DNA from: an uncultured Bacilli bacterium
GTDB lineage: Bacteria > Bacillota_I > Bacilli_A > RF39 > UBA660
Direction of reading: 5' to 3'
Length of the DNA: 52,440 nt
NCBI GenBank assembly: GCA_947629125.1
Contig: CANRCO010000001.1
Coordinates: 1-52,440 of the forward strand
Shown here: positions 44,308 through 52,440 of the stretch, in pieces
Numbering within the stretch: position 1 is the first letter of the stretch
How the letters are laid out: each line of letters starts with the position of its first letter
The notes under the pieces: generated by a model
What the model saw: only the letters and a program-made list of their open reading frames with translations
Database searches by the model: none
Told to the model about the DNA's origin: nothing
Translations under genes and position numbers: made by a program

Positions 44308-46623
44308 TTATCTATTAAATATATCGTTATATATTTCTACATAATTATTTACTTCAATAATTTCAATATTATTTTTAATTTCTTCTGGTACTTCATCTAA
44401 ATCAGAATGATTTGACTGAGGAATATAAACTTTTTTAATATGAGAATTATAAGCTCCAATTAATTTTTCTTTTAAACCTCCGATTTTCATTACTTTACCC
44501 TTTAGCGAAATTTCACCTGTCATCGCAATTGTATTAGGAACAATCTTATTTAAAGCTAAACTAATTAATGTTGTTGTAATTGCTATACCTGCACTAGGTC
44601 CATCTTTTTTAATAGCTCCTTCAGCAAAATGTAAATGTATATCTTTATTATCAAAGAAATCTTTCTTTATTTTATATTTTTGGGCATTAGCTTTAAGATA
44701 ACTCAAAGCTACTTTAATACTTTCTTCTAATACCTTACCTAAATTACCAGTTAAAATTATTTTACCTTTACCAGAATAAATACATGTTTCAATTAATAAA
44801 ACACTACCTCCAACTGGCGTATAAGCTAGGCCATTAGCAATTCCCGCATCAACAAAAGTTTCATTTTCTTTAACTAAATATTTTTCATTACCTAAATACT
44901 TAACTACTTTTTCTTTAGTTATAATCACTTTATTTTTTTCTTTAAATTCATTACTAGTAACAATTTTTCTAACAATAGTTTTTAATAATCTTTCTAATTC
45001 TCTTACACCAGCTTCTTTAGTATAATCATTAATTGTTTTTTCAATAGCATCACCTTTAAAAACAATTTCGTTTTTATTAACTAAATAATCATGATATATT
45101 TTAGGAATTAAATGTTTTTTGGCTATATCCATTTTTTCAAAAATTGTATAACTAGATAATTCAATTATTTCTAAACGGTCTAATAATGCTGGAGGAATAT
45201 TATCTTTTTCATTAGCTGTTAAAATAAAGAATACATGCGATAAATCAAAAGATTCCTCAATATAATTATCAATAAACATACTATTTTGTTCAGGGTCTAA
45301 AATATCTAATAAAGCACTAGCTGGATCACCATGATAATCTTTAACCATTTTATCTACTTCATCAATTAAAAACACGGGATTAGCTGTTCCACATTTTTTT
45401 ATTCCTTGAATTATTTTACCAGGACTAGCTCCAATATAAGTTTTACGATGCCCTAATAATTCACTAGTATCACTTAAACCTCCAACACTCATTTTATAAA
45501 ATTCTTTATTTAAACTTTTAGCAATAGCAATAGCTAAAGATGTTTTACCAACTCCACTTGGCCCTACTAAACAAATTATTGGACTTTTAACATGAGGATT
45601 TCTTAAATTAATACCCACATGTTCAATAATTCTCTCTTTTATTTTTTCTAAACCATAATGACTTTTATCCAAACTAATTTTTATCTTATTTATATTTTTT
45701 TCATCTTTACTATATGTTTTCCAAGGTAAGTTTAAAACCCAATCTAAATAATTATAAATAATTGTTGATTCAGGGCTAATTTCACTAGTAAATTCATATT
45801 TTTTAATTTCATTATAGAATTTTTGTCTAGTTTTAGTATTTATTTTTAATTTATCTAATTTTTTAAAGTATGATTCAATTTCTTGGTCTTTAAAATCAAC
45901 TTCACCCAATTCTTTTTTTAATTGCTTCATTTTCTCTTTTAAAATGAAATCTTTTTGGGTTTGTTCTAATTCATCTCTTAAAGCATCTTCTAATTTATCA
46001 TCTAAAGCAATAACTTCTAATTCAACATTTAAATCTTGAATTAAATTTTTAGCACGAATTATAGCATTTATTTCTTGCATATAATTTAATTTTTTCTCAA
46101 ATGATAATGGTAAGAAATTAGTTATTGTATCAGTTAAAACATCTAAATCTTGTAAATCTTTAACTTTATTTAAAATACTATTAGGTATTGTAGAAGATGA
46201 TTTAATATATCTATCTAAAACTTCATTTAATTTTTTAATATTTGCTTGTTGTTCTACTATATTATATTTAGGAAGAGTAATATCTTTAATGGAACACTGT
46301 AATATTCTATTATCATTTTTTAACGAAAAATAATTATCAATAGCTACTCTTTTTAAACCTTTTATTTTTATTGATATTTTACCATCAGGTAATTCTATTT
46401 TACTTTTTAATTTACCAATAACTCCTATTACAGGTAAATCATTGATATCAGGTTCTTCTTCCATTTGGTCTTTGGGACAAATAATTAATAATTTCCCATT
46501 ATATTCTTTAAAAGATAGAGCCAATATTTTTTTACTTAGAGCATTACTAAGTTCGATTTTCAATTCTTGATTCGGTAAGAGAACTAAGTTTTTAAGTAAC
46601 ATTACAGGTAAGATATAATTCAA
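44308..46623 (-). CDS. lon: ATP-dependent Lon protease (LonA)
   Basis: 771 aa. It has a LON N-domain, Walker A GPSGVGKTS and the protease Ser motif DGPSAGIA. A TTG start is preceded by a strong GGGAGGTG RBS. Confidence 0.95.
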   Translation of the reverse strand: MNYILPVMLLKNLVLLPNQELKIELSNALSKKILALSFKEYNGKLLIICPKDQMEEEPDINDLPVIGVIGKLKSKIELPDGKISIKIKGLKRVAIDNYFSLKNDNRILQCSIKDITLPKYNIVEQQANIKKLNEVLDRYIKSSSTIPNSILNKVKDLQDLDVLTDTITNFLPLSFEKKLNYMQEINAIIRAKNLIQDLNVELEVIALDDKLEDALRDELEQTQKDFILKEKMKQLKKELGEVDFKDQEIESYFKKLDKLKINTKTRQKFYNEIKKYEFTSEISPESTIIYNYLDWVLNLPWKTYSKDEKNINKIKISLDKSHYGLEKIKERIIEHVGINLRNPHVKSPIICLVGPSGVGKTSLAIAIAKSLNKEFYKMSVGGLSDTSELLGHRKTYIGASPGKIIQGIKKCGTANPVFLIDEVDKMVKDYHGDPASALLDILDPEQNSMFIDNYIEESFDLSHVFFILTANEKDNIPPALLDRLEIIELSSYTIFEKMDIAKKHLIPKIYHDYLVNKNEIVFKGDAIEKTINDYTKEAGVRELERLLKTIVRKIVTSNEFKEKNKVIITKEKVVKYLGNEKYLVKENETFVDAGIANGLAYTPVGGSVLLIETCIYSGKGKIILTGNLGKVLEESIKVALSYLKANAQKYKIKKDFFDNKDIHLHFAEGAIKKDGPSAGIAITTTLISLALNKIVPNTIAMTGEISLKGKVMKIGGLKEKLIGAYNSHIKKVYIPQSNHSDLDEVPEEIKNNIEIIEVNNYVEIYNDIFNR

Positions 46624-46659
46624 AGTAGTTCACCTCCCAGTTGTTAAAAGTTATTATAA

Positions 46660-46695
46660 TGACAAAAAGCATTTTTGTAAATGCTTTTTTTTATT
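46660..46695 (-). terminator. Candidate terminator between the carbamoyltransferase cassette and lon
   Basis: 8-bp stem aagcattt (46667-46674) / aaatgctt (46679-46686), flanked by A-runs and T-runs on both sides. Confidence 0.5.
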
Positions 46696-46710
46696 TTTTT
46701 AGCTATTTCA

Positions 46711-47319
46711 TTAAAATAAAGTATATAACATTGGTGCTACTACACTAGAAGTAACAAAATAGAATATTACTCCTAAAAGAATGAAAATTAATATAGTAGG
46801 AATTAACATATATTCTTTAGAATTAATAAAGTATGAAATAACTTGATTAATGATTTTAAATTTATTAATTGAAGTATTTTTTTGATTAACATTTAAATAA
46901 GCAACTTCTTTATTAGTAAATTGTTTAAATTTAATTTTACTCTTATCGTTCCAGGAATAAAAACCATATTTTTTTTGATATTTTTGTCTATTAAACAACC
47001 CAATCGGTATTATTAAAACTAAATAAATTATACTTAAAATAACTAAAAAACAACATAAGAATATTTTATTAACTAAATATTTAAAAATTTTATTAGGATA
47101 ATATAAAACATAAGGAAAAATAAGTCCTAACAAAAAAATACCTAAACCAATGGCCATTAAAATGATAATATATTTATCATTACTAGCATTAATCGTTAAA
47201 AATTTTAATAAGGATACTAATATAATTATCAAACCAATAGTTTGGCCAAAAATTACACATTCTTTTAAATTTTCTTTTTCTTTTCTTGCATTTACTGAAT
47301 TTAGATAATTATTAGTCAA
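46711..47319 (-). CDS. Membrane protein resembling an SxtJ-like plus DUF5989-like fusion
   Basis: 202 aa. The N-terminal half has FGQTIGLIIILVSLL...IIPIGLFNRQ, an SxtJ-like layout. The C-terminal helix ends in APMLYTLF, like the P-F-I-Y-T-L-F end of DUF5989. Recognition is from memory only. The start overlaps the carbamoyltransferase stop by 8 nt. Confidence 0.5.
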   Translation of the reverse strand: MTNNYLNSVNARKEKENLKECVIFGQTIGLIIILVSLLKFLTINASNDKYIIILMAIGLGIFLLGLIFPYVLYYPNKIFKYLVNKIFLCCFLVILSIIYLVLIIPIGLFNRQKYQKKYGFYSWNDKSKIKFKQFTNKEVAYLNVNQKNTSINKFKIINQVISYFINSKEYMLIPTILIFILLGVIFYFVTSSVVAPMLYTLF

Positions 47320-49126
47320 GTTTAAATTTCACCACTTTTCCTTTATAATTTTTTTGTTCATCTTTTTTAAATAGTCGATTACCAATTACTAAATAATCAA
47401 TATCAGTATTCATAAAACATTTATAGGCATCAATTACATTATTGACAATTGGTTCACCACGAACATTAAATGAAGTATTAATCAATAAACCGATACCAGA
47501 TAATTTTTTATAGTTTTTTAAAACATCATAAATAAATTTATATTGCTTTTGATTTATAGTTTGCACCCGTGAAGAATAATCAATATGAGTAACTGCTGGA
47601 ATTATTGATCGCTTCTGTTTGATTATATCTAACATGTTATCATTTTTTATTTGAGGTGTTTTTAATCGATGTTCTTTTTTAACATAATAAGTCATTAACA
47701 TATATAAAGATTTGGTATCCATATCAAAATACTTTTTGGCATCACTTTCTAAAACGATGGGAGCAAATGGTCGAAAGCTTTCGCGTTTTTTTACTTTTAA
47801 ATTCATTTTAACTTGCATATTTTCATCAATGGCACTACCTAAAATACTTCTATTACCTAAAGCTCGCGGACCAAATTCACTACGACCTCTAGCTATAGCT
47901 ACAATTTTACCATCGTTAAGTAATTGAGCTACTTTTTTAGCTAAGGTATCTTCATCATAAACAGTATATTTAGCTTGGAATTTTTTTAATATTTTATCAT
48001 CTAATTTACTAGTATTATTTATCATAGGACCTAAATAAGCATACTGCATTGAATCATTTAAATTAACAGTTCTATCTTCTTTTAAAATACTATAGTAATA
48101 CCATAGAGCTGCTCCTAGGGAAGCACCGGCATCACTTCCCGCGGGTTGAATCCAAATATTTTTAAATATTTTACTTTTTTGTAATTTACCCATTGATACA
48201 ACATTTAAACTAACTCCACCAGCTAATACTAAATTATCTAATTTAGTTATCTTTTTGACATATTTAGCCATTTTTAAAATTATTTCATCTGTAACTTGTT
48301 GAATACTACAAGCTAAATCCATAATATCTTGAGTAATTTTAGTTTCTGGTTTACGTCTTTTAATATTAAATAGTTTTTCAAAGTTTCTATTAGTCATTGT
48401 TAAACCTTTAGTATAATTAAAATATTTTTGGTTTAATATAATAGAACCATCTTCGTTAATATGAATTAATTTATCTTTAATTAGTTTAACATACTTAGGT
48501 TTACCATAAGGAGCTAAACCCATCATTTTATATTCGCCACTATTAATTTTAAAACCGGTAAAATAGGTAAATGCTGAATATAATAAACCAACAGAATTAG
48601 GATAAGTTATTTCTTTAAGTAATTTTATTTGATTATCTTTACCAATACCAATTGTAGTTGACGAAAATTCCCCCACACCATCAATTGTTAAAATAGCTGC
48701 TTGTTGAAAATTAGATGGATAAAAAGCACTAGCAGCATGAGCCATATGATGATCACAAAAAATTATTGGCATTTTTACTCCTAATTCTTTATTTATTTTG
48801 GCTTCTAAAAACAAATCCTGAGTTAGTTGTTTGGGCATAGATTTTAAATAAGATGTAATGCCAAAAGGTACTGTAGCATGATAATTAATTAATAACCTAG
48901 CAAATTTTTTTAAATAATTTTCATAATAAACAACATAATCAACTTCATTTATAGTAATATTCAAGCAATCTAAACAATAATTAATAGCATGATGAGGAAA
49001 CGAATTATCGCCTTTTTTTCTAGTAAACCGTTCTTCTTGGACTGCAGCTATAATTTCTCCATCTTTAATGATTGTCGCTGCTGAATCATGATAAAAAGCT
49101 GATATACCTAAAATAATTTTACTCAT
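47312..49126 (-). CDS. Carbamoyltransferase (NodU/CmcH/TobZ family)
   Basis: 604 aa. The N-terminus ILGISAFYHDSAATIIKDGEIIAAVQEERFTRKK is the family hallmark. Confidence 0.9.
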   Translation of the reverse strand: MSKIILGISAFYHDSAATIIKDGEIIAAVQEERFTRKKGDNSFPHHAINYCLDCLNITINEVDYVVYYENYLKKFARLLINYHATVPFGITSYLKSMPKQLTQDLFLEAKINKELGVKMPIIFCDHHMAHAASAFYPSNFQQAAILTIDGVGEFSSTTIGIGKDNQIKLLKEITYPNSVGLLYSAFTYFTGFKINSGEYKMMGLAPYGKPKYVKLIKDKLIHINEDGSIILNQKYFNYTKGLTMTNRNFEKLFNIKRRKPETKITQDIMDLACSIQQVTDEIILKMAKYVKKITKLDNLVLAGGVSLNVVSMGKLQKSKIFKNIWIQPAGSDAGASLGAALWYYYSILKEDRTVNLNDSMQYAYLGPMINNTSKLDDKILKKFQAKYTVYDEDTLAKKVAQLLNDGKIVAIARGRSEFGPRALGNRSILGSAIDENMQVKMNLKVKKRESFRPFAPIVLESDAKKYFDMDTKSLYMLMTYYVKKEHRLKTPQIKNDNMLDIIKQKRSIIPAVTHIDYSSRVQTINQKQYKFIYDVLKNYKKLSGIGLLINTSFNVRGEPIVNNVIDAYKCFMNTDIDYLVIGNRLFKKDEQKNYKGKVVKFKLD

Positions 49127-49139
49127 ATGTATTAACTCC

Positions 49140-50579
49140 TTATTTAGATATTTTTATTAACATTGTACTTTCTAAAGTATTATTTTTTGTTTTGGCAGCA
49201 ATATTAATGGAAGTAACTTTCTTATGATTATTAATTATAAATGTTTTATTGTCATTACAACTTTTACCAATTTTAAACATTTGTTGGGAATCATAGCCAA
49301 GTAAATCATCAATATAAGTTAAATATAATGATACACATTTAACTGAAGCAGCTGTTTTTACAGTAATTTTCGATAACTCAACAGGAAATTCTAAATTTAA
49401 TTTTAGATAACTTTTATTTATAGGCAACCGTAACATTTGAAATTTATCTTTGGGATAATTTATTTGATAATAGCTATAATCTTCAGTTTGTTTAATTAAT
49501 ATTGGTTCTATAGAGCTTGGTATATAATCATTAATTGATACTTTATAATCAATTTGTTTCGAATATTTTTTACCTAAAGATGATTTATAATTTTTTTCTA
49601 AAATATTAGCCAAATATTGGGCATAATATTTTGTATAAAAAGTTCCAGGATGAGAATTAGTTAAATTAATTTTGGTATTTTTTTCATAAACCGTTGGATT
49701 TTGTTGATAAATATTTCTTAAATAATTAACAGTATTATAAGTAGTAATTTGAGACTTTTTAAATAAATCAAGTACTTTATATCTTTCATCAACATTTTCA
49801 CTTAATTTATTTGGTAAAGTAACAACAAAAGATGGAATGTTTAGAGAATTTAAATATTTACCTAATGGCTGAACAGCTACTTCATCATACTTTTTACTCC
49901 AATAATCATTTACAATGATATCATAACGTCTTTCCTCACTTTGAGAATATTTTTCATTTAATGAATCATTAATTTTATATGTTATATTAGGAAATATTCT
50001 ATTAATTTTTTTTAAAATAGCATTTTTCTTAAAATAATTTTTATCACTTTGACTAGGAACTAAAGGCTTCCCTTTTTTATCATCAAGTTCAGGATCATTC
50101 ATAACATAACCCATTATAATTAAATCAGGATTTATTTCTTTTATCATATTAGTATCAGTTAAAAATTTTAATTCATCATATGTTGAAGCGCCAAATTTAC
50201 CAACAGCATAAATGGTAGCATCATAATATCCTCTATTATATAACTCTAATTGTAGCTGACGAAAATAAGTATCATTTATATTTGTATAACCACTACCTTG
50301 TAAATAAGAATCACCAATTATTAATATTCTTTTTTCATTTTTAGTAAGTTTAGTTTCAGAATAATCTAAATAAGGATAATCTAAAGTTAAATCTAATTTA
50401 TCTTTTCGAACATTTAAAATTTTGTCATTTTCTTTTTGCCAATTTGAGTATTTTGGTATAATAATTTCTATTATCAGACAAGTTAAAAATAATAATAAAA
50501 TTAAAAAAATAGAATATATAATTCCATATAAAGGTAAAATTCTATGTTTACTAAATTTTTTCATATGCTTCACTTTCAC
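49140..50579 (-). CDS. Membrane-anchored SGNH/GDSL-type hydrolase-like protein
   Basis: 479 aa. It has an N-terminal TM helix and ILIIGDSYLQGSG (block I GDS). The C-terminal ~150 aa have no family I recognise. Confidence 0.6.
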   Translation of the reverse strand: MKVKHMKKFSKHRILPLYGIIYSIFLILLLFLTCLIIEIIIPKYSNWQKENDKILNVRKDKLDLTLDYPYLDYSETKLTKNEKRILIIGDSYLQGSGYTNINDTYFRQLQLELYNRGYYDATIYAVGKFGASTYDELKFLTDTNMIKEINPDLIIMGYVMNDPELDDKKGKPLVPSQSDKNYFKKNAILKKINRIFPNITYKINDSLNEKYSQSEERRYDIIVNDYWSKKYDEVAVQPLGKYLNSLNIPSFVVTLPNKLSENVDERYKVLDLFKKSQITTYNTVNYLRNIYQQNPTVYEKNTKINLTNSHPGTFYTKYYAQYLANILEKNYKSSLGKKYSKQIDYKVSINDYIPSSIEPILIKQTEDYSYYQINYPKDKFQMLRLPINKSYLKLNLEFPVELSKITVKTAASVKCVSLYLTYIDDLLGYDSQQMFKIGKSCNDNKTFIINNHKKVTSINIAAKTKNNTLESTMLIKISK

Positions 50580-51152
50580 TTAATCTTTTGATCTATTTAC
50601 AGAAAGACTATTTAAATAATTTTTATGTTTTAATAAAAAATAATCATTACTATATATACGATGTTCTTCTGGTATATAATAAATATCATAACCAGTTTGT
50701 TCTAAATAGTATTTTAAATCTTTTTGCATTAAAGATTTATCAAGAACTTTTTTATTATTTTCAATTTTATAAAATTTACATATTTTAATTAAAAAGTCTT
50801 CTTCTGTCATATAACCAAAATCTAAAGGAACATCTTGCATACTTAAATTATCAATAATTTCAGATATATAGTTATATGCTTGTAACCCAGTTGCATAAAT
50901 TCTTATACTATTATTTAAATTACTAAAATAAAAATGTTTATTTTCTAACTGGGCGTTATGTATTTTAAGGCGATTTTCTTCTGATAAATATAAAAAACTG
51001 ATACTTGTATAATTATCTTTTTGATTATGAATTACTCTACCTATAAAAATATTCTTTTTTAAAAATTCTAAATAATATAAAGCATCAACTGAAGTTATAT
51101 TTTTACGAATTTCATTCTCATTTTTAGTATTATATTTATCAGCATAATACAT
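50580..51152 (-). CDS. Hypothetical protein
   Basis: 190-aa ORF abutting the SGNH gene, with no intergenic gap. I recognise no motif. Confidence 0.55.
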   Translation of the reverse strand: MYYADKYNTKNENEIRKNITSVDALYYLEFLKKNIFIGRVIHNQKDNYTSISFLYLSEENRLKIHNAQLENKHFYFSNLNNSIRIYATGLQAYNYISEIIDNLSMQDVPLDFGYMTEEDFLIKICKFYKIENNKKVLDKSLMQKDLKYYLEQTGYDIYYIPEEHRIYSNDYFLLKHKNYLNSLSVNRSKD

Positions 51153-51175
51153 AAAAAATCACCTGCTAATTCTAA

Positions 51176-51251
51176 TGGTAGTCTGTACGGGGTTTGAACC
51201 CGTGTATATATGCTTGAGAGGCATACGTGTTAACCACTTCACCAACAGACC
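51176..51251 (-). tRNA. tRNA-Glu (anticodon CUC)
   Basis: The minus-strand sequence is GGTCTGTTGGTGAAGTGGTTAACACGTATGCCTCTCAAGCATATATACACGGGTTCAAACCCCGTACAGACTACCA. It folds as a cloverleaf. The acceptor is 7 bp with G1-U72. The anticodon stem is TATGC/GCATA with loop C-T-CTC-A-A. The T arm is ACGGG-TTCAAAC-CCCGT, and CCA is encoded. The overall sequence is very similar to Bacillus-type tRNA-Glu. Confidence 0.8.
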
Positions 51252-51308
51252 AAATATCTATAAAAGATATTATTATTTTACCATTATCTAAAAATTTTTA
51301 CAATAGAT

Positions 51309-52440
51309 TCAAATCATTAATTTAAAAGGATCTTCTTTAGTACCTGTTCCACCCATTATTCTTACATTTGGTTTTAAATATATTACAGGTCTAACAAGGT
51401 ATGAATAATTTAATTCATAATCAAAACCACCAGTATTAGAAATCCTAACAACTCCACCATCTGTATATGCTGTAATTGTCCATTGATATACATCTTCAAT
51501 ATACAACCAATCATTATCTCGACAACCTAAATATTCATTTAAATTCCAATTATATACAGGTGTATTCATACAAGTTTCAAGTAAAGTTATATATTGCTTT
51601 TCACTCCAAGTGTCTATACCAATACCACCACTGGTTGCATAACCGTAGTCACTGGGATATATTAAACCAATTTGTCCTATCCATTCAGTTGGATGATTTG
51701 TACTTACATTATTACTTCGTTCGACATTATATAATAAATTTGGTGTCAATTTTCTATAATAATTTTCTTTACTACTACTATAATCTACTTCGCCTAATTT
51801 ATATTTTATAGTATCTATCATATCTCTATATTCTGCTTTTATTCCTGTTTTTGTAAAATCTATTTTTTCGAATTTTCTATTATGAAATCCCATCAATTGA
51901 TTAGTCCAACGATTATAATCAGTTGATTTTACACTGTTTAAATATGCATCATTTAATAATTTTTTTAAACTAGAATTTTCCCAATTATTATCATATGAAT
52001 AATCTCCTATACAATTTTCTTGTGTCTCATCAAATTGATTGCTAAGACATTTATTATCCCAAGATATTTGACCTATTCCATCATCTTTAATTAATTTAAT
52101 TCGAGCAGATTTAGTACCATTAGAATCTTCAACATTATTCATAACTCCGATAATGCGCCATAAAATTTTATCCCCTTGAGAATGAATTTTTATACAAATT
52201 TTATTTATAGAATCATCTTCACAAGCTTCTTTTGTAGAATATTCTTTAGTTTCTCCAATAAAACCAGTATATTCAAAACCATACCATAAATCACTATCAT
52301 AAGTGCCATCACCAAAATCAACATAATTGTTTGGATTTTTTCCTATGTATCTTAAATTATTATCAGTTGTTCCATCATATCTTAATTCTGAATTTGTACT
52401 TGATTTTTCTAATTCAGTTATTTTAGCTACTGCAGTTGGG
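51309..52440 (-). CDS. Secreted two-domain protein, paralog E (5' end lies beyond the window)
   Basis: The frame stays open from 52142 up to 52440. It reads ..LRYIGKNPNNYVDFGDGTYDSDLWYGFE...HSQGDKILWRIIGVMNNVEDSNG.., so the ORF-track Met at 52142 is internal. The closest relative is paralog C. Motifs present: IGLIYPSDYGYATSGG, VRPVIYLKPNVRIMGGTGTKEDPF. Confidence 0.9.
   Translation of the reverse strand, partial: PTAVAKITELEKSSTNSELRYDGTTDNNLRYIGKNPNNYVDFGDGTYDSDLWYGFEYTGFIGETKEYSTKEACEDDSINKICIKIHSQGDKILWRIIGVMNNVEDSNGTKSARIKLIKDDGIGQISWDNKCLSNQFDETQENCIGDYSYDNNWENSSLKKLLNDAYLNSVKSTDYNRWTNQLMGFHNRKFEKIDFTKTGIKAEYRDMIDTIKYKLGEVDYSSSKENYYRKLTPNLLYNVERSNNVSTNHPTEWIGQIGLIYPSDYGYATSGGIGIDTWSEKQYITLLETCMNTPVYNWNLNEYLGCRDNDWLYIEDVYQWTITAYTDGGVVRISNTGGFDYELNYSYLVRPVIYLKPNVRIMGGTGTKEDPFKLMI

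Noticed and set aside
3182-51811. All 60-111-aa ORFs in the track that overlap longer ORFs. Plus strand: 3182..3382, 5673..5867, 5981..6211, 9852..10055, 18825..19019, 22580..22768, 22769..22957, 32970..33164, 36181..36399, 41881..42117, 42976..43206, 43401..43601, 47712..47927, 50588..50788 and 51476..51811. Minus strand, in another frame of the giant gene: 32957..33178.
   Set aside because: Each lies inside or antisense to a long ORF with clear family motifs. Their translations are low-complexity I/L/F/Y/H/N strings typical of shadow frames in AT-rich DNA. None has a convincing RBS.
52140-52142. Treating paralog E as a 277-aa protein starting at the Met given in the ORF track, i.e. a truncated pseudogene lacking the N-terminal domain.
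   Set aside because: Manual translation shows the frame stays open from 52143 to the window edge. It encodes family sequence (LRYIGKNPNNYVDFGDG...ILWRIIGV), so the gene simply continues beyond the window.
1-52440. Possibility that the organism uses genetic code 4 (TGA = Trp), as many very AT-rich Mollicutes do.
   Set aside because: Conserved Trp positions that I traced back to DNA are TGG (e.g. LWRIIG at 4600-4620 and 52158-52160). PolA, Lon, AddA, MutM and the rest are full length in the standard-code ORF track with no internal TGA. TGA ends the ABC exporter and DUF421 genes at sensible C-termini.
1-52440. CRISPR arrays, transposases, integrases, prophage genes and rRNA.
   Set aside because: I found no regularly spaced 25-40-bp repeats with unique spacers. 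No ORF has DDE, tyrosine- or serine-recombinase or phage structural motifs. The only periodic repeat is the 3 x 23-bp array at 941..1009, which is far too short and has no spacers.

Overview
This 52.4-kb window comes from an extremely AT-rich, low-GC Gram-positive-type chromosome (Bacillota, or Erysipelotrichia/Mollicutes-related, judged by gene content). It uses the standard genetic code: Trp is TGG in conserved motifs, and conserved genes are full length in the standard-code ORF track. Almost all real genes lie on the minus strand; the exceptions are 24460..24825 and tmcAL at 37023..38135. Housekeeping anchors are addA/addB, tmcAL, mutM, polA, lon and one tRNA-Glu(CUC).

Accessory content dominates:
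(i) A ~16-kb co-directional glycan island runs from 23658 down to 7404. It opens with three tandem type IV pilin-like genes. The stop of the last pilin gene overlaps the start of a Wzy_C / O-antigen-ligase-family membrane protein. Next comes a gene-order-mirrored set of radical SAM/SPASM-like, GT4 and Cys-less asparagine-synthetase-like paralogs, then a sugar-1-kinase plus nucleotidyltransferase pair, another GT4 and an MsbA/PglK-like ABC exporter.
(ii) A five-member paralogous family of secreted two-domain proteins: three in tandem at 2172..7266, one at 41579..43238, and one running off the window at 51309..52440. One copy is cut off from its ATG by a C9 homopolymer, a candidate phase-variation switch.
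(iii) A 1421-aa Cys-rich secreted protein with CC-containing repeats, plus a membrane-anchored partner.
(iv) A carbamoyltransferase / SGNH / SxtJ-DUF5989-like cassette.

No CRISPR array, transposase or integrase was recognised. Two decayed gene remnants sit at island edges.

My leading candidate for a new system is a pilin or secreted-protein O-glycosylation machine (pilins + Wzy_C oligosaccharyltransferase-like protein + unusual glycan-tailoring enzymes + ABC flippase-like exporter), coupled to a phase-variable secreted-protein family. All functional calls rest on motif recognition by eye and need HMM or structure confirmation.
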